A stretch of 64,000 bases of DNA, from NCBI GenBank assembly GCA_964016885.1, contig OZ024757.1:28582001-28646000 (forward strand), read 5' to 3'. The notes under the pieces are model-generated. The model saw only the letters and a list, made by a program, of their open reading frames with translations. It made no database searches and was not told the origin of the DNA. Position 1 is the stretch's first letter, and each line of letters opens with the position of its first letter. Positions 59,837 to 64,000 of this stretch are shown here, one piece after another. The position numbers and the translations under genes were made by a program. The DNA is from Eledone cirrhosa (lineage: Eukaryota).

Positions 59837-60032
59837 CCCTTTAGCATATAAACCAGCCATATACTACCAGAATTCTCTCTCTTCTTTCTGTTCCAACCGG
59901 CCATAACTGGCTGCTCATACTGACATTAAGGCATTGATCTCAAAATAGATAATATCAAAATCTCATAGATTAGATGTTATGTAAGATAAAGCCTTTACTG
60001 TGAACATATAAAGTAATGTAGATGCTAAAGGG
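59837..60032. mobile_element. piggyBac-type MITE with intact TTAA TSDs, inserted in the head of a Meta-like SINE
   Basis: TTAA-CCCTTTAGCAT..ATGCTAAAGGG-TTAA. The flanks rejoin into TGGCAGAGTTGTTAG..AGTTCAAAT..AACTTTGCCTTTCATC. Confidence 0.85.
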
Positions 60033-60704
60033 TTAAATGCCTCTGTATTTGTTCTAGCCCTCTGTACTCTAAGTTCAAATACTGCAGAGGTTAACTTTGC
60101 CTTTCATCACTTTAGGATCAATAAAATACAACACCAATCCAGTGGCAGTTCATTGGTGGGGATGTTGAAAACATCAGACAGTATACTTGACTTTATATGT
60201 TCTGCCCCTGTGCATTTTAATCCCACCACCCCTATCCTAGTAGGCTGCCCTCCTGTGGGAAGTGATTGGACTAAAAAGCCATCATAAACATTCTCACATC
60301 CATATTTTTAATAATAATTGGTCATCATCACTCCATCAAAGGTGAAGCATTTGCTTGTTATAATGGCTAGAATATATGTGACTTGCCACACCTGTATATT
60401 CACCTGTATAACAGGAGCAGTTGTGCCAACCCATTGTCAAATTAAGAGTCAATCATCTGCAAAGCCACTGGAATTCATGACACCAATGTCACCCAATTAA
60501 AGCGATGTTCACCACATGAACTTGATTACTTTGAGGCAAGTAGGACTTTATCAAGGCTTACTCCTCTAGACCCAACCTGTTCTACTACATTACCTATGGT
60601 AGCTGTATAAGAAGTACCTCATGCAGGTAGCTCTTTAAATTGAGAGGGGCTTTAAAGGGCATATATTGTTCCGCCATCCTTTATCAGATTTTTTTTTCAT
60701 CCCA

Positions 60705-61030
60705 TAGGGATCAGAAGAATATTTCAACTATAGAGGTGGTTGATAGCTTCTGATATCTTGGCAACATAATTAGCAATGGAGGAAGGTACTCTGAGATCAT
60801 AATAGCTAGAATAAGGATAGGGTGGAAAAAGTTTAGAGAACTACTCCCACAGATGACCACAAAAGGGTTTCTCCCTATGTACAAAATGACAACTGTATGA
60901 CACCCATGTGCAAAGTGTAATGCTGCATGGTAGTGAAACATGGACGAGTTGAAGGAGAAGGTGTGTTTAAGAGGAATCTGAGGTGGTGTGCAGGAGAAAA
61001 GACTGCATTGGTACGGACATGTGATGTACA
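60705..61030 (+). mobile_element. Old RTE fragment
   Basis: EVVDSF*YLGNIISNGG..IIARIRIGWKKFRELL..MLHGSETW..WYGHV. Confidence 0.8.
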
Positions 61031-61438
61031 TTACATACATGCACACACAAACATACATAAAAACTTACATGCAGATATACACAAAAGAAACCCACACATA
61101 TCTATCTATATATACACAATCACACCTGCACACGAACACACACACACACATATATATAACATAAATACTCACACAAACTAAATAGAGGGAGTAGGAATGG
61201 GTGTTTAATTGGAAAATCTTTCTAAATTTCAACAGAATTTTTCTCATTCTTCCACCTCCCCCACCAACTCACTCTTCTTTTTCTTCTTCCTTATTATCAT
61301 CTACTTTATTACCCACCCCCATGACAGTAAGATACACACACATATATATATATAAACATAAAGGGTGTCCACAAAAAATGTATACTCACTTCGACAGCAT
61401 TCTAATAAAAGTGTGTATACATTTTTTGGGGGGACACC

Positions 61439-61477
<39 letters not shown>

Positions 61478-63459
61478 GACACATATCAGGGAAAGAACCT
61501 TTCACAGTGGGCTTTTTTCCTCTCCAGCTAGATTCATAGATGTCTTTATTGCTGTTGTTGTTGTTGTAGTTGTTGTTATATTGGTGTTGATGTTGATGAT
61601 GATATTGTAGATGTTATTGTTATTACTGTAAATGTTGTTATTGTTATTGCTGTATATGGGGATGTTGTTGTTGTTACTGTTATTGTTGTAGATGTTGTGG
61701 TAGTAGTCATCACTATGGAAGCTCCTAGATTTGTCATCCATTAAGTAGTGTCAGTTGGTGTTAACAGCATGTGTTTGTTAGTGGTTGGTTTCCTGCTCTA
61801 CATGGGGGGGGGGGGGGTAAAGGGGAGGTCGGGGAGGGGGTTAGATATAGAGGAGGATGGGAGGTGGTGGTGGTTAGCCAAGTGTATCAAGGAAGAGTTT
61901 CTCTTGATCCTTTCTTCAATGTCAGAAAGATAACATCATCATCGTCATCCATTCTCCATTAACCCCCCAACATCACCCACTAATAATAACATTAACCACC
62001 GCCACACAACAAAGATCAACGCCCTCACCACCACCACCACCCTTCTCCATCGCTACAAACAATAACATTCTACACCACCACAAGTACAAACAACAACCAC
62101 CACATTACCCACTACTACTGCCACCACCATCAGGACATAGAATACCTATCTATATATAAATTTGAGCGACTTCCATTCGTCTGTCTCATAGTGGAAAAAC
62201 TATAGCAAAATACTGTGTGAGTGTATGTGTGTGTGTGCTTGTGTGAATGTATGTGTTGAAAAAAAAATCTAGTATCATAAAACAGATTAACAATGACAAA
62301 TAAAATAAACCAAGGGACAAAACTCAAATGACCCTATCGTATGAATATCAATGATTGATTTAACCCTTTCAATGCCAAATAGCTTGAAACCACTCCTAGA
62401 GCTTGATTACATTGACCCCATAAGGATGAATGCACAACGTAACTATATGCTGCAAAGCATGTTATCCAATGTCTTGCTAATCCACCAGCTTCACCATCTT
62501 AATAATTAGAAAGTTAGTTATATTCCTAAACTCCTACAAATTCTTGAGTATTTCCAAAATGATTTAAAAATAATATGAAGTGTCTTTCATTAAAACTAAG
62601 GAGTTAAAGGATTATGTACTAAGTGCTTTATACGAAGAGAAAAAAATCTTGTGGCAACTTTCAATGATAAGGGGAGATAATTTCAATTAATTAAGAATTA
62701 ATTTATATTTCTTTGAGGGAAGGTTTGATAAATACCACCACCAACAACAAACTAATATTTCTGCCACCACTACAACAAACAACACCCCTTCTACCACAAA
62801 CACTACCACCATTCCCACAATTACACTATCAACACCAAGAGCAACTACAACAAACCGCACCACTGCCACTATACCACTATTACCTCCACCACCATCACAA
62901 CTACAACCCACCAGCAACTGCACTACCATACCACTACTACACTCTACCACTAACACCACCTGGTGGGCTATCAAATCAGTGTCTAACCAGCCATACCTTG
63001 TAAATGTCAACAAGAGATAAACATGAATTAGTCTCATGCTGGTTATGTTTATTGGGTTATATTAGAGCTGAAGGGTTGTATAGGTAGGTGGTGGTGGTGG
63101 TGGTGGCGGTGTAATAGTGCGGGTTGGGTGGAAGTGGTGGTGATGGTGGAGGTGGTGATGGTGGTAGTGGTAGAATAGTGAGGATTGGGTCAAAGTAGTG
63201 GTGGTGATGGTAGTAGGGTTAGTATATTGTTGGTGGTAGTTGTGTACTGTGGTGATGGTTGTTGTGGTAGTACTAGAATAGTGAGGGTGATGGTGGTGGT
63301 ATTGGTGGCAGTAGTGTTAGAATATTGGTGGTGGTAGAAGTGAGGGTGTTAGTAGGGGGTAATTGTGTGTGTGTGTGTGAGGGGGGGTGAGAGTGTGTGT
63401 GGTAGAAAGCTTTCTCAGAAGCCTCCAGCAAAGATGTTCTTTCTTAAACAGCATGTAAT

Positions 63460-63681
63460 GGAGAGAGAATGTGAGGGAGGGGAGGAAAGAGAGGAGAGAG
63501 AGAGGGGGCATATATAGAGGGGGGAGAGGGGGGAGCTGGGTGGATAGGGGTGGAGAGGGGGGAGATAGGGGTGAGGGGAGAGGGGGTGAGGGAAGAGAGA
63601 GGGGAGATGTGGGAGTGGGAGAGAGAGAGAGGGGCGAGAGAGAGAGGGGAGAGAGAGAGAGAGGGGAGAGAGAGAGAGGGG

Positions 63682-63712
<31 letters not shown>

Positions 63713-64000
63713 GAGAGAGAGAGGGGAGAGAGAGAGGGGAGAGAGAGAGGGGAGAGAGAGAGGGGAGAGAGAGAGGGGAGAGAGAGAGAGAGAGGGGAGA
63801 GAGAGAGAGGGAGGGAGAGAGGGGAGAGAGAGGAGAGAGTGAGAGGAGAGAGGGGAGAGAGAGAGGAGAGAGGAGAGAGAGAGGGGAGAGAGAGAGGAGA
63901 GAGAGGGGAGAGAGAGAGGAGAGAGAGAGGAGAGAGAGGGGAGAGAGAGAGGGGAGAGAGAGAGGAGAGAGAGAGAGGAGAGAGAGGGGAGAGAGAGAGG
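63460..64000. repeat. (GA)n/(GGGGA) polypurine tract running off the window
   Basis: Read directly. Confidence 0.95.

Overview
AT-rich, microsatellite-saturated animal genomic DNA. The repeat families and the huge (TA)n arrays suggest an octopus or other coleoid cephalopod (inference). The one clear gene is an aryl hydrocarbon receptor (AHR/spineless/ahr-1) on the + strand. Seven phase-consistent GT-AG exons (4196-32867) encode PAS-A, PAS-B and a Tyr-rich, polyQ/H-rich C-terminal region, and a probable eighth exon lies at 35933-36177. The bHLH exons must lie upstream of the window. The rest is mostly repeats: RTE LINE fragments, tRNA-derived SINEs, piggyBac-type and Tc1/mariner-type MITEs, a mariner transposase relic, CR1, R4-like and CRE-like retrotransposon remnants, and an ~8.7 kb TA array with a 200-N gap. 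Two items stand out. (1) Two related ~330-bp palindromic elements flank one AHR exon, and each arm carries a type I hammerhead ribozyme motif with covarying stems (Penelope-like). (2) Just 3' of AHR, a tandem array of palindromic, YY1-motif-bearing units leads into a CpG-rich promoter-like module next to a cluster of CRE-like retrotransposon fragments. Nearly all long ORFs in the supplied track are microsatellite artefacts. Repeat boundaries are approximate and family names come from motif recognition, not database searches.
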